Below the pieces are notes generated by a model that was given only the letters and a program-made list of their open reading frames with translations, made no database searches and was not told the DNA's origin. The translations under genes were made by a program, and so were the position numbers. A stretch of DNA of 64,000 bases from an archaeon (GTDB taxonomy: Archaea > Methanobacteriota_B > Thermococci > Methanofastidiosales > NM3), in NCBI GenBank assembly GCA_004212155.1, contig RXIG01000019.1:33144-97143 (forward strand). Direction: 5' to 3'. Below, in pieces: positions 18,125-27,921 of this stretch (positions within the stretch are counted from its first letter, which is position 1; every line of letters starts with the position of its first letter).

Positions 18125-19045
18125 ATGAACAGGTTCAAGGGAAGGGACTTCATCAGTTTGAAGGATTATACTCGCGAAGAGCTCTACTTCTATTTCCATA
18201 CTGCAGAACACATGAAATCCCAGACGAAAGCGGACGTGTTCGTGTCGGCGTTGAGTGGGAGGACGCTCGCCATGGTCTTCCAGAAGCCCTCACTTCGAAC
18301 TCGCGCATCGTTTGATATAGGCATGCACCAGCTCGGCGGTCATGCGCTCTATCTCGGACCGGATGAGATACAGCTTGGCAAGCGAGAGGCGATAAGGGAC
18401 GTGGCATCGGTGCTTGACCGCTATGCCGACGGCATCATGGCGCGCGTATTCGCACATGATGACATACTGGAGCTTGCCACCCATGCACGCGTACCAGTCA
18501 TCAACGGCCTCTCCGACCTGCTCCACCCATGCCAGGCGCTTGCAGACTACCTCACGATGTTTGAGCGATTCGGCTCGCTCGAGGATCTGAGGCTAGCATA
18601 CATTGGCGATGGCAACAACGTCTGTCATTCATTGCTCTACGGCGCGCGGATCTTTGGCATGTCGATGCGTATCGCAACACCCAAAGGCTACGCTCCCGAC
18701 AACACGATCCTCGAAGAAAACGAGGAGGCGGGACTGGACGTCATGCTCACCAACGACCCGGGCGAAGCGGCAAGGAAAGCGGACGTCGTATACACGGATA
18801 GTTGGGTGTCAATGGGACAGGAAAAGGACCAGGAGCGCCGCGAAAAGGACTTTTCAGGATTTACCATAGACACATCGCTGCTCGAGGGCGCCGACCCGAA
18901 CCATGTTGTGATGCACTGCCTTCCGGCCCACAGGGGAAAGGAGATTACAAACGAGGTCATAGACGGCCCCCACTCGATCGTTTTCGACCAGGCTGAGAAC
19001 AGGCTGCACGCCCAAAAGGCGGTGCTGGCACTCAATCTGCGCTGA
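18125..19045 (+). CDS. argF: Ornithine carbamoyltransferase
   Basis: SLRTRASFD (carbamoyl-phosphate site), HPCQALAD and HCLPAHRG motifs are present. I moved the start to ATG 18125 (MNRFKGRDFISL...), giving the usual length of about 306 aa. Confidence 0.85.
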   Translation: MNRFKGRDFISLKDYTREELYFYFHTAEHMKSQTKADVFVSALSGRTLAMVFQKPSLRTRASFDIGMHQLGGHALYLGPDEIQLGKREAIRDVASVLDRYADGIMARVFAHDDILELATHARVPVINGLSDLLHPCQALADYLTMFERFGSLEDLRLAYIGDGNNVCHSLLYGARIFGMSMRIATPKGYAPDNTILEENEEAGLDVMLTNDPGEAARKADVVYTDSWVSMGQEKDQERREKDFSGFTIDTSLLEGADPNHVVMHCLPAHRGKEITNEVIDGPHSIVFDQAENRLHAQKAVLALNLR

Positions 19046-19046
19046 T

Positions 19047-19958
19047 ATGGGGGAGGGTGACATGATGCCCTCTTACGTCACATCACTGCAGGATGGAAGC
19101 TTCGAATCTAAGCGACATGCTCTTGAACACACCCTTGCCAACTGCACATTGTGTCCCCGGGAGTGTGGTGTCGATCGCACGGCGGGAGAACGGGGTTACT
19201 GCAATGCTGATGTAAGGATGAAGATAGCGTCGTGGGGGGCCCACCACGGCGAGGAGTCGCCTCTTGTCGGCACGCACGGGTCTGGCACGATCTTCCTTTC
19301 ACACTGCCCGCTTCGATGCATCTACTGCCAAAATCATGACATAAGCATCGAGGGGCACGGCGTGCACTGTTCAATCGATGACGCTGCATCGATGATGCTA
19401 CACCTCCAAGGCCAAGGATGCCACAACATCAACCTTGTTACCCCCACTCATTACACACCGCAACTGGTGGGTGCCGTTGGCATCGCTGCGCACCAGGGAC
19501 TAAGGCTCCCCCTGGTGTGGAATTGTGGAGGATACGAATCCTTTGCCACCATACGCAATCTTGACGGTATCGTCGACATCTACATGCCCGATGTCAAGTA
19601 TGCCAGCACCGAGCTGGCAACGGCATATTCCGACGCACCGGACTACTTTGAACGGTGCATTGAATCGCTGTATGAGATGCACGATCAGGTAGGCGACCTC
19701 GTGGTAGAAAACGGTCTTGCAACACGAGGGCTTCTCATACGCCATCTCGTGCTCCCGGGGCATGTCGATGACAGTAAATGCGTCGTCGATGCCGTGGCAG
19801 AGCTATCGGACGACAGTTACCTCAACATCATGGAACAATATAGGCCATGTCACCATGCGTCTTGCTATCCCGGAATGGATAGGCACGTCATGGACAAAGA
19901 AGTTAGAGAGGTGCGTGCATACGCACGCGAGCGTGGGTTGCGGAGAACGACGACATGA
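19047..19958 (+). CDS. Radical SAM protein, PflX-like (pyruvate formate-lyase activase homologue family)
   Basis: The CPLRCIYCQN CxxxCxxC motif is present, together with an N-terminal CTLCPRECGVDR cluster. Confidence 0.75.
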   Translation: MGEGDMMPSYVTSLQDGSFESKRHALEHTLANCTLCPRECGVDRTAGERGYCNADVRMKIASWGAHHGEESPLVGTHGSGTIFLSHCPLRCIYCQNHDISIEGHGVHCSIDDAASMMLHLQGQGCHNINLVTPTHYTPQLVGAVGIAAHQGLRLPLVWNCGGYESFATIRNLDGIVDIYMPDVKYASTELATAYSDAPDYFERCIESLYEMHDQVGDLVVENGLATRGLLIRHLVLPGHVDDSKCVVDAVAELSDDSYLNIMEQYRPCHHASCYPGMDRHVMDKEVREVRAYARERGLRRTTT

Positions 19959-21434
19959 TCATATGCTTTGCCGCAGCGCTTCGAGGCGGCGTTCGACGAA
20001 TTCGAGGATCTGTGTCGCCTGCTGGGCCTCCTCCTTGGAGATCATATCGTTCCTGACAAGATTGTAGAACATCTCGAGCAGGCTTTGATATTTTTCATAC
20101 AATGAGAAGTACTGGGCTGGTGAAGCGGCGTTGACCGTCTCGGTGAAGACGCGAAGGTCCTTGAGATACTCCTTCCAGAACGTGCGAACACCAAGGTATT
20201 CCTCCTTTTGCTTCTCCTCGCTCTCCCTGCGCTTTCGCTGCCGTTCGTCCTGGTACCTCGTCCGAGACTGTACGAGCTTCTCCTTGCAGCGATAGAGCTG
20301 GTTCTTCGTCTTGGCCAGCTCGTTCTTGTCAAGCTTGTCCTCGATGACCTTGTAGTGCGAGACGAGGTCCTGGTACTCGCTGTGAAGTGTATCATAGTCC
20401 TTCTTGTCTGCTTGCGAGAGGAACTGGCGCATCCTGTCATCAAGTGTTTCTGCGACCTCTTGCGTCCGTTCGCCCTCGACGACGGAAAGGATGCGGCGCT
20501 CGAACTCCGAAAGCCGCTTTGACACGATCATCTCATAGGTGGGGTTTCCCTCTGGAAGCTCCTTCCTGCGCTCAAGCAGGAGGTTGTAGTCATACTGTGC
20601 GCGCTCGGGATCCTTAGCTATCTGTTGTCTGGTGTAGCGCCTCAAAGCCTTGTCCATCTCCAGGAGGTACTCCTCAAGCACTTCCTTGTACTCCCTTTTC
20701 TGGACCGTCTGTTCTGCCTTTGACACGAGCTCGCGCATTACCTCTAGGTTACGTTCTATCCTGCCGCGCGTCTCGAAATCGATCGAATATGGCAACCGCG
20801 CCGCAGCCTTCTCCAAAAAGGAAAGGGCTAGTTTTGACTGATCAAGATTCTGCTCCACAAAAGCGGGAGAATACTTCTTCACGACATCCTCGGTCTGATG
20901 CAGGAGCTCTTGTGCCCGTTCCTGTGGCGTTCTCCTTTGGGGATGCTTCTCCTTGACAGGTTCCTCAGGGTGCTGGGTGGCTTGCGCCTGTACGGCCCCC
21001 GCAGGAGGGGCGTCGGCCGTATCGCCACCAGACGCTTCGACAGCCTCGGTAGCTCGCGGCGAGGGCTCGCCAGATCCTACGGATGGCCCGATAGGCTGTT
21101 TATCCACTCCTTCTGAGAAGGTTGCGTCGGTCGGGTCCTCATGGAGCTCTTCGCCGGCCTGAGTAGGCTTCGACGAAGATGCCATGGAAGTAAGCGATTC
21201 CGGGGCTTTTTCCGCCCCTTGCCCTTTCTCGTCCTGGACCGCGGCGTTCACGTCATCATGGGGGGCCTCGTCGACCTGGGCGGACTTTGACAAGGATTCA
21301 TCTGACACGTCACTTGGCGCCTGGGAAGCATCCTCGCTTCCCAATCTGCGCTCCTTTTCCTCCAACTCTTCCTGTTCCTTGACTACCGTCTCGAGGTATT
21401 CACGAATGTTTTGAGCAGATTGCTTGGCCATCAA
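19959..21434 (-). CDS. Hypothetical protein: acidic low-complexity N-terminus plus helical/coiled-coil C-terminal domain
   Basis: 491 aa. Residues ~25-190 are rich in Glu/Asp/Ala/Pro/Ser. The remainder is Glu/Lys/Arg/Leu-rich and helical. A TATA-like TATATATAAAT lies upstream on the minus strand (about 21466-21476). Confidence 0.55.
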   Translation of the reverse strand: MMAKQSAQNIREYLETVVKEQEELEEKERRLGSEDASQAPSDVSDESLSKSAQVDEAPHDDVNAAVQDEKGQGAEKAPESLTSMASSSKPTQAGEELHEDPTDATFSEGVDKQPIGPSVGSGEPSPRATEAVEASGGDTADAPPAGAVQAQATQHPEEPVKEKHPQRRTPQERAQELLHQTEDVVKKYSPAFVEQNLDQSKLALSFLEKAAARLPYSIDFETRGRIERNLEVMRELVSKAEQTVQKREYKEVLEEYLLEMDKALRRYTRQQIAKDPERAQYDYNLLLERRKELPEGNPTYEMIVSKRLSEFERRILSVVEGERTQEVAETLDDRMRQFLSQADKKDYDTLHSEYQDLVSHYKVIEDKLDKNELAKTKNQLYRCKEKLVQSRTRYQDERQRKRRESEEKQKEEYLGVRTFWKEYLKDLRVFTETVNAASPAQYFSLYEKYQSLLEMFYNLVRNDMISKEEAQQATQILEFVERRLEALRQSI

Positions 21435-21642
21435 CGCACACCTTTAGCTTATTTTCACATGTGATTTATATATAGTTTTCTATAACGGGGGAATTACGAC
21501 CGTAATACCTTTTGAAAATGGATTAATCAGATTATTTCACATGAATGTCCGCCGATTTGGCTTGGGTGAAACGGCCATTTCGGCAACAATGAAATAATAA
21601 AAAGCATTTTAAATGCATGAATCATTCTCTGTAGTGGTATCG

Positions 21643-23301
21643 ATGGAATTTTCAGAGATTTGCGAGCATTTCGAACAACTCGAACAGACATCGAGCAGAT
21701 TGGAAAAGACTGGCATCGTCACATCGCTTCTTACACGTGCTCACAAGGACGAGATACCCATCATCGTTCAACTCATTTTGGGCAGCGTCTTTCCTACCTG
21801 GTCCACGGAGAAGGTGGGCGTGGGAGAGAAGCTTCTCATCAAGGTCGTAGCGGACGTCACAGGCCTCACGGAAGGTGCAATACTCGGTTATCTCAAGGAT
21901 ACGGGAGATGTGGGCCGTGCGGTCGAACAGGCCATGGAAAATAAGAAACAGGTCATGTTCCTTACCGAGGACCTTTCGCTCTCACGCGTCTATGACGACC
22001 TTACAAAGATATCGCAATACGAAGGCAAGCGAAGCCAGGACAAGAAGCTCAAGATACTTGCAGGATTGCTTACGAACGCATCCCCGCTCGAGGCGCGCTA
22101 CCTTTCACGCATCGTTGTCGAGAAGATGCGCACCGGCGTTGCAGAAGGGACAGTGCGCGATGGCATCGCACGTGCGTTCGGTGTGCCAAGCGACGTGGTC
22201 GAGAAGGCGTTTATGGTCTCAAACGACATGGGGCTCGTGGCAAAAAAGGCATGCGAGGGCAAAGAGGCACTCTCGACGCTCTCGCTCATGCTGTTTCGAC
22301 CGATCAAGATGATGGCGGCGCAGAAGGTGTCGACCATCGAGGAGGGGTTCGAGATCGTAGGCACCCCTTGCGCCGTCGAGTACAAATACGACGGCTTCAG
22401 GATGCAGATACACAAGGAAGGCTCGAAGGTGCACATCTTCACCCGAAGGCTCGAGGACGTGACGCGCCAGTTCAGGGACGTTGTCGATGTCGTGCGCGAA
22501 AACATCGCGGGCGACTGCATCATCGAAGCAGAGACCATAGGCATCGCCGAGGACGGCCGATGGCTCCCCTTCCAGCAGATATCCCGGCGCATAAAGCGAA
22601 AATACGACATCGATGAGATAATAGACAAGATCCCCGTAATGACCAACGTCTTTGATGTACTCTACCTCGATGGCAAGAGCATGATAGACGAGCCGTTCAA
22701 AACCCGCCGCCAAAGGCTTGAGAAGATCGTCACGAGCGTCCCGCGAAAGCTCGTGCTCTCCAAGATGATCATCACCGACGACGCTAAGGAGGCGCGCACC
22801 TTCTTCTCCGAATCGCTTTCCCTGGGCAACGAGGGCGTTATGCTCAAGAACCTCTCTAGCCCATACACGCCCGGGTTGCGCGTTGGCCACATGCTCAAGC
22901 TGAAGTCGGTACTGGAGAGCCTCGACTGCATCGTGATAGGGGCGGAGTGGGGCACGGGACGGCGAGCCCACTATCTTGGTTCGTTCCACCTTGCAGTGCT
23001 CGATGAGAACAACATGCCCGTCATGTTAGGGAAGGTGGCAACAGGCATCACCGACGAGATGCTCGAAACACTGACCGAGCGCCTTCGCCCACTGATCGAG
23101 TATGAGGAGGGGAAGATGGCGCACATCAAGGCCGACCTCGTCGTCGAGGTGGCCTACGAGGAGATCCAAAAGAGCCCTCACTACGAGAGCGGATTCGCGC
23201 TACGATTCCCACGACTCATACGGATGAGGGAGGACAAGGGACCTGAGGACGCGGACACGATCGAACGCGTATATGATATTTATGAAAGCGACATGCTATG
23301 A
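21643..23301 (+). CDS. lig: ATP-dependent DNA ligase
   Basis: The adenylation motif I is present as EYKYDGFRMQIH. The start is set at ATG 21643 because the TATA-like ATTTTAAAT (21606-21614) fits a near-leaderless transcript. Confidence 0.9.
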   Translation: MEFSEICEHFEQLEQTSSRLEKTGIVTSLLTRAHKDEIPIIVQLILGSVFPTWSTEKVGVGEKLLIKVVADVTGLTEGAILGYLKDTGDVGRAVEQAMENKKQVMFLTEDLSLSRVYDDLTKISQYEGKRSQDKKLKILAGLLTNASPLEARYLSRIVVEKMRTGVAEGTVRDGIARAFGVPSDVVEKAFMVSNDMGLVAKKACEGKEALSTLSLMLFRPIKMMAAQKVSTIEEGFEIVGTPCAVEYKYDGFRMQIHKEGSKVHIFTRRLEDVTRQFRDVVDVVRENIAGDCIIEAETIGIAEDGRWLPFQQISRRIKRKYDIDEIIDKIPVMTNVFDVLYLDGKSMIDEPFKTRRQRLEKIVTSVPRKLVLSKMIITDDAKEARTFFSESLSLGNEGVMLKNLSSPYTPGLRVGHMLKLKSVLESLDCIVIGAEWGTGRRAHYLGSFHLAVLDENNMPVMLGKVATGITDEMLETLTERLRPLIEYEEGKMAHIKADLVVEVAYEEIQKSPHYESGFALRFPRLIRMREDKGPEDADTIERVYDIYESDML

Positions 23302-23310
23302 TACAACGAG

Positions 23311-23787
23311 GTGAAAGATATGGAACGCATTCAGGACCTGTTTGATGATACGACCGCCACGTGCATCGCAGACATCTACGAGGGCGTCGCGAACGAGCGA
23401 CAGGCCGAAAGGGCGCTTGATGCTCTCGAAAAGATAGAGGGGACGATAAACGATGCTGAGGCAGCATTTGACCGCAAGGAACTCGACCCCATCCTCAAGG
23501 AAAACATCGCTAAGCAACTGGAAAATGCCAAAAAGACCACACTCACGCTCAAGCGCTTCCTGGAGGATGCGCAGGGAGTGGGCGCAACGATCGATCAGCA
23601 GCAGGCGAGACGAGACGCATCATCGCTGCACCTGATACTAAACGCCCTGCAGCAGATTGCTGCGGAGGTCGACAGGGACTATGTCAAACGGCCCCACCTC
23701 ATGCACGCCCTCCCGCCTTGTACGGGGTGCAAGACGTGCGGCGACACGTGCGAGACGGAAGATAAAGGAGAAGAGGAAAAGGATTGA
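23311..23787 (+). CDS. Hypothetical helical protein with C-terminal Cys cluster
   Basis: 158 aa, 9 nt downstream of lig. It ends with PPCTGCKTCGDTCE followed by an acidic tail. Confidence 0.45.
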   Translation: MKDMERIQDLFDDTTATCIADIYEGVANERQAERALDALEKIEGTINDAEAAFDRKELDPILKENIAKQLENAKKTTLTLKRFLEDAQGVGATIDQQQARRDASSLHLILNALQQIAAEVDRDYVKRPHLMHALPPCTGCKTCGDTCETEDKGEEEKD

Positions 23788-24579
23788 TCACTCTCTTGAG
23801 CGTTTCTCCTTGCTTTCCTGTGCACGCTTTGCCACGATGTCAAGCTCGTCCTGGGACAGTTTTTCGAGCACCTCCACAGGACAGCTCGGGTTGAGCGCCA
23901 CGTTTACGCGAATCTCGTAGAACTTGTCATCAGAGAGCTCAACAAGACATTTCAAGGGCGCGTTGGGGTTGCCTGCGACACAGTACCTCACATGCCCCTC
24001 AAGGTCCTTTGAGAGCTCAGTGAGTGTTTGTTCTGGCAGGCGCGGGTTCATCGCAACGCTGCGTCTGACATTGTAGCGTGAATCGCATGCAAGCTTCAAC
24101 AACGTGTCAAGGGGGGTGTTGGGATTACGGGCCACCTTTCGCCGTACGATCTCCTCCTTGTCATCGGCCAGCTTCTCCAGCACGTCGGCTGGCGAATTGG
24201 GATTGGCCCCTACGGCTATACGGACGTGGTCCGACTCATCGTCTGCGAAGGTGCGCAACAGATCGACGGGACAGTTCTCCTCATACGCGAGTATGCGGCG
24301 TACGAATGCCACCTGTGATGTAGAGAGCTTACGAATGAGGTCCTCGCTGAGGCTCTCCCCCTCTCGTTGCTGGTATTCGAGGATCTGATAGATGTAAGGT
24401 TCATCCTTGAGGATGACAAGCGCCTCGTCGGGCAGTGCGTCGTTCCAAGCGACGGTGGCGCGCACGTCTGGATTCTCGTCCTGGGCAAGAGCGACCAGCA
24501 CGTCGGGAGGCGTGTCCTCCCCCTCGGCCAGCAGCAGTCGTTCTTCCGTATCACCCAGATCAAGTGGAGGCTTTTCCAT
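23788..24579 (-). CDS. Leucine-rich-variant (LRV)/HEAT-like repeat protein
   Basis: It contains about 8 tandem repeats of ~24 aa of the form xxVRxxVAxNPNTPxxxLxxLAxD (e.g. VRRKVARNPNTPLDTLLKLACD). Confidence 0.65.
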   Translation of the reverse strand: MEKPPLDLGDTEERLLLAEGEDTPPDVLVALAQDENPDVRATVAWNDALPDEALVILKDEPYIYQILEYQQREGESLSEDLIRKLSTSQVAFVRRILAYEENCPVDLLRTFADDESDHVRIAVGANPNSPADVLEKLADDKEEIVRRKVARNPNTPLDTLLKLACDSRYNVRRSVAMNPRLPEQTLTELSKDLEGHVRYCVAGNPNAPLKCLVELSDDKFYEIRVNVALNPSCPVEVLEKLSQDELDIVAKRAQESKEKRSRE

Positions 24580-24639
24580 AATATAATCACCTTATTACAG
24601 AAAAAGGCATACACCCATTTAAATGTGTATCGTTGCCCT

Positions 24640-26193
24640 TCATGTCTTTTTCCACCATGTGTCTTGGATCGTGATGAGCGCCCATAAGCATACGAACGCA
24701 TATGCCACGGCATACGGCACCGAGGGCGAAGGCACGCTGCGACTCGCAAACTCCTCATCGTCTTCACGTACGACAAGCGATAGCGATTCGGTTGCCACGA
24801 CTGTATGGGTCGGGTCCGTGCCTTCGATACGGAACCGAACAAGGTAGGCCCGGAGGGGCGGAAGCTTTCGGTACGAGGTCTCAAGCGGTGCGACCTCCTT
24901 GAACATACCGTTCGTGGTGGCCCTGCCCGTGAGGGATGTCACGACGCATGCAAGGGGCCCCGTGTCGACAAGGATGATGTCGTCGGGGGAGGTATGTTCC
25001 CGTATCGCCTCGACAATGGTGATGATGTCGTTGTTGGAGACATACGATTGGGCGGGGATGTTACCTGTCGCAAGGCGCATGAGTGCACTTTCCTGGATGA
25101 ACATGCGCCGATGCTCGATGATGTCGGTACCATCGTCGCTGTAGCCCTCCTCGTAGACGACGGCCCCGCACAATGAGAATATCATCATCACAACGATGAC
25201 ACCCGTACTAAGCAGCGCCCCCCGTTCAGGCATCAGGCTGGTCAGCGATTCCAATGCCCGGTCGAGCCCAATGGCGGCCAGGATCGAAAGAGGTATGACC
25301 GCATGAAAGAAGAAACGGTGTGAATAATACGGCACGATGACCAGAAGGGAGCATACGAGGGCGGGGAAGAGGACGTATCTGCGTTGCCCCGCACGCACGA
25401 GATCGATCGATACCGCAAGTCCCAGGATCGCGAGCAGTGCAACGACGATGTTGAGTGTCCCATACCCGACGATCGAACGAGAATGAATGAAGCCCATGTT
25501 GGTGGCGAGATGAACGCCCCACGGTATGAAGAGAACGTATGCCAGCGCCAACGACCTCACGATCGATCGACGGGCGGTGCTGTCGATTGCCGCCCATGCA
25601 AGAAGCGGGACCACGCAGATGTGAGGGAGACTGAGATGCGTATAGAACGCTCCCGATAGCAGCAATGCAGCGGCAATCCATCTTCCGCGATGGATGCAAA
25701 GGTATGACAGCAATATGAAGACGTAAGCGAGACTCGAAGGCATCAGGTAGGAAGATTTGTACATAAACATCCACAGCGAAGCGGTAAAAAGCGTTGCAAG
25801 GAATGCGCTGCGCGCCCCGTAGAACGAATATGTCACGTATGCCACCACGATGAGCGTGAGAGGATAGACGGATGCGCTAGAACCCTGTGCTATCGACAGT
25901 GGGGAAATGCCGATGGCAAACGGTATGGAAAGGAGCACGGGAAACAGGGGCGGATAGAGCAAAGGCCGCCCCCACGGTGCGAACTGTAACGAATCCCACG
26001 ACGTGATCCCGCCAGCGGCATCAAAGAGTCGCATGATGGAGAGATGATAGTACGGGTCGATGAAGAGGGGATAATGGGATATCCGAACGAGGGTAAGGAG
26101 CATGATGGCCAATATGAGGACGATTGTGGCGGCAACATAGCTGTTGCCAGGTATTGCCATTGAAGGGAGCATCCCTCTCTCACGCGAACGCAT
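24640..26193 (-). CDS. Polytopic membrane protein, GT-C-fold glycosyltransferase-like (ArnT/PMT-like), with C-terminal soluble domain
   Basis: 517 aa with about 11 TM helices and an early loop WGRPLLYPPLFP, similar to GT-C enzymes. The assignment is tentative. The start may instead be M8 or M12 (26172 or 26160). Confidence 0.5.
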   Translation of the reverse strand: MRSRERGMLPSMAIPGNSYVAATIVLILAIMLLTLVRISHYPLFIDPYYHLSIMRLFDAAGGITSWDSLQFAPWGRPLLYPPLFPVLLSIPFAIGISPLSIAQGSSASVYPLTLIVVAYVTYSFYGARSAFLATLFTASLWMFMYKSSYLMPSSLAYVFILLSYLCIHRGRWIAAALLLSGAFYTHLSLPHICVVPLLAWAAIDSTARRSIVRSLALAYVLFIPWGVHLATNMGFIHSRSIVGYGTLNIVVALLAILGLAVSIDLVRAGQRRYVLFPALVCSLLVIVPYYSHRFFFHAVIPLSILAAIGLDRALESLTSLMPERGALLSTGVIVVMMIFSLCGAVVYEEGYSDDGTDIIEHRRMFIQESALMRLATGNIPAQSYVSNNDIITIVEAIREHTSPDDIILVDTGPLACVVTSLTGRATTNGMFKEVAPLETSYRKLPPLRAYLVRFRIEGTDPTHTVVATESLSLVVREDDEEFASRSVPSPSVPYAVAYAFVCLWALITIQDTWWKKT

Positions 26194-27058
26194 CGTATCC
26201 CTCGGACAAGCTCAGGTACGTGATGTCCTGTGAGGATAGATAGTGCAACAGATCGCGCAGATCGTTGTATGTCTCCTCGCCGCACAAGCGCGAATATGCG
26301 CCATAGCACGGGTCGAGGTCGAGGTCGACAAACTCCCAAGGATGCATGCCGATCACGATCGCCTCGGGCGCCTGTTCGCATGAAAGAATTTGTTTTGCCA
26401 CATCTGGCCACGATCGTCCCTCGAGGTCGTAGGGATACATCAAGACCGGGTCTCGTGTCACGGGGACGCGAAGGATGTCCATGTCCCCGGCCGACAACCA
26501 GTCCTCCTGTGACGGATGATAGGGCACCTCGATGCCCCTGGCGGCAGAGGACTCGACGAGATATCCGAGCCCCTCCAGTATCGATACGACGTCCTCGTCA
26601 CATTTGTGGTAAGGTGCGCGAAACGAAGTTACGTCCCGCCCCACGATCGATTCGAGCATCGACGTCGCGACCCCTATCTCCTGCAGCTTGACCTCGTAGG
26701 AAAGCGACGTAAGGGGACGGTGGGAAAAGGCATGACTGCCGATCTCGTGATCCTCGGCCATCAAGCGGACCATATCGGGATAATGCTTCGCCACGGTACC
26801 GGTAACAAGGAACGTAGCCGTGACATCGTATGCCTCGAAGAGATCAAGGAGGACGGGTATGCCCTCCTCTATCCCCCGGTATGAATCCATGTACGGCGGA
26901 AAGTCTGGTTCGGTGTCGATAGTTATGAACACATAGGTAGGGGGTGCCGAAGGCCCGCTTGTTGCCCACAGCGCTGTACCACCCAGTATCACCGCCATGA
27001 TGATTATGACCACTATGCGCTTGTTCATTGCCCTCAGGAGATGTCGTCGCAACGACAT
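26180..27058 (-). CDS. Polysaccharide deacetylase (CE4/NodB-like) with N-terminal membrane anchor
   Basis: FITIDTEPDF and GSHAFSH motifs are present. I trimmed the listed ORF to ATG 27058 (27028 is also possible), placing the start downstream of the upstream gene's stop at 27093. Confidence 0.7.
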   Translation of the reverse strand: MSLRRHLLRAMNKRIVVIIIMAVILGGTALWATSGPSAPPTYVFITIDTEPDFPPYMDSYRGIEEGIPVLLDLFEAYDVTATFLVTGTVAKHYPDMVRLMAEDHEIGSHAFSHRPLTSLSYEVKLQEIGVATSMLESIVGRDVTSFRAPYHKCDEDVVSILEGLGYLVESSAARGIEVPYHPSQEDWLSAGDMDILRVPVTRDPVLMYPYDLEGRSWPDVAKQILSCEQAPEAIVIGMHPWEFVDLDLDPCYGAYSRLCGEETYNDLRDLLHYLSSQDITYLSLSEGYDAFA

Positions 27059-27092
27059 AAGAGTGTTTTGCTTCGGACGCTCTTGTAAGGGA

Positions 27093-27878
27093 TCAGAATT
27101 CCTCGGTGATCCTGTAGGAATCGGTATTGTTGAAAAAGAGTATCTTTTTCCCAAAGACGAATCCATGCTTTTTGAAAACAACCCGTAGATGCGAGATGTC
27201 AGAAAAGGTCCTCGAAAGATGGTATGGTATGATGACGGTGTCGGGCAAAAGCTCCTTTAGCGCCAGGAGGTCGTTGAGGTGGGTATGCATGCGCGAGGAC
27301 GTCATGTCATAGGTATCAGGCTGTATGTAGCGGCATTCGGAGATGAGTATCGACGGCTCGCGCGAGACGATCGCCTCGCGATTCTCCTCGTCCGAACCCA
27401 GCCAGTCGCCTGTGACAAACACGGTGAAGTCTGCCTCGCTGTTCTTTAGGAATACCGCATTGTTCGGAACGGAATGCTTCAAAGGCACCGACTCGATGGT
27501 GGTTCCGTTTATACGCAGGTTCTCGTTGCCGTTGACGGGGACAAGCTGGCGCTTGCCCTTGGAATGCGTATTGTAGAGGTGCTGGTGGATGTCGAACACG
27601 TTGAGCCCCTCCTCCACGGGCGTCTTGTCGTCGGGGGCATAGATCGTGATCTTTTCGTCCTGCTTCAAAAGGAAATCGGCACCGCCCGCCACCGAGGAGC
27701 GGATATGGTCGAAGTGAAAATGAGTGATCCAGTGGACATACTTGTCAGAACGATTCGAGCATGCGCCGTCGATGCTATAGTACTTGTCGAGCACACGGAC
27801 GAGGACGTTGGGGTGATATGGTGCGTGGAACTCCACGCGTGCAATACTACCGCCCGTGCTGTGTGTCATGGTGCTCAC
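27093..27878 (-). CDS. Metallo-beta-lactamase-fold hydrolase
   Basis: The HxHxDH motif is present as THFHFDH. Confidence 0.7.
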   Translation of the reverse strand: MSTMTHSTGGSIARVEFHAPYHPNVLVRVLDKYYSIDGACSNRSDKYVHWITHFHFDHIRSSVAGGADFLLKQDEKITIYAPDDKTPVEEGLNVFDIHQHLYNTHSKGKRQLVPVNGNENLRINGTTIESVPLKHSVPNNAVFLKNSEADFTVFVTGDWLGSDEENREAIVSREPSILISECRYIQPDTYDMTSSRMHTHLNDLLALKELLPDTVIIPYHLSRTFSDISHLRVVFKKHGFVFGKKILFFNNTDSYRITEEF

Positions 27879-27921
27879 TACGAATGAATGGTAATGTACC
27901 AGAAGGAAAAGAGGAAAGAGA

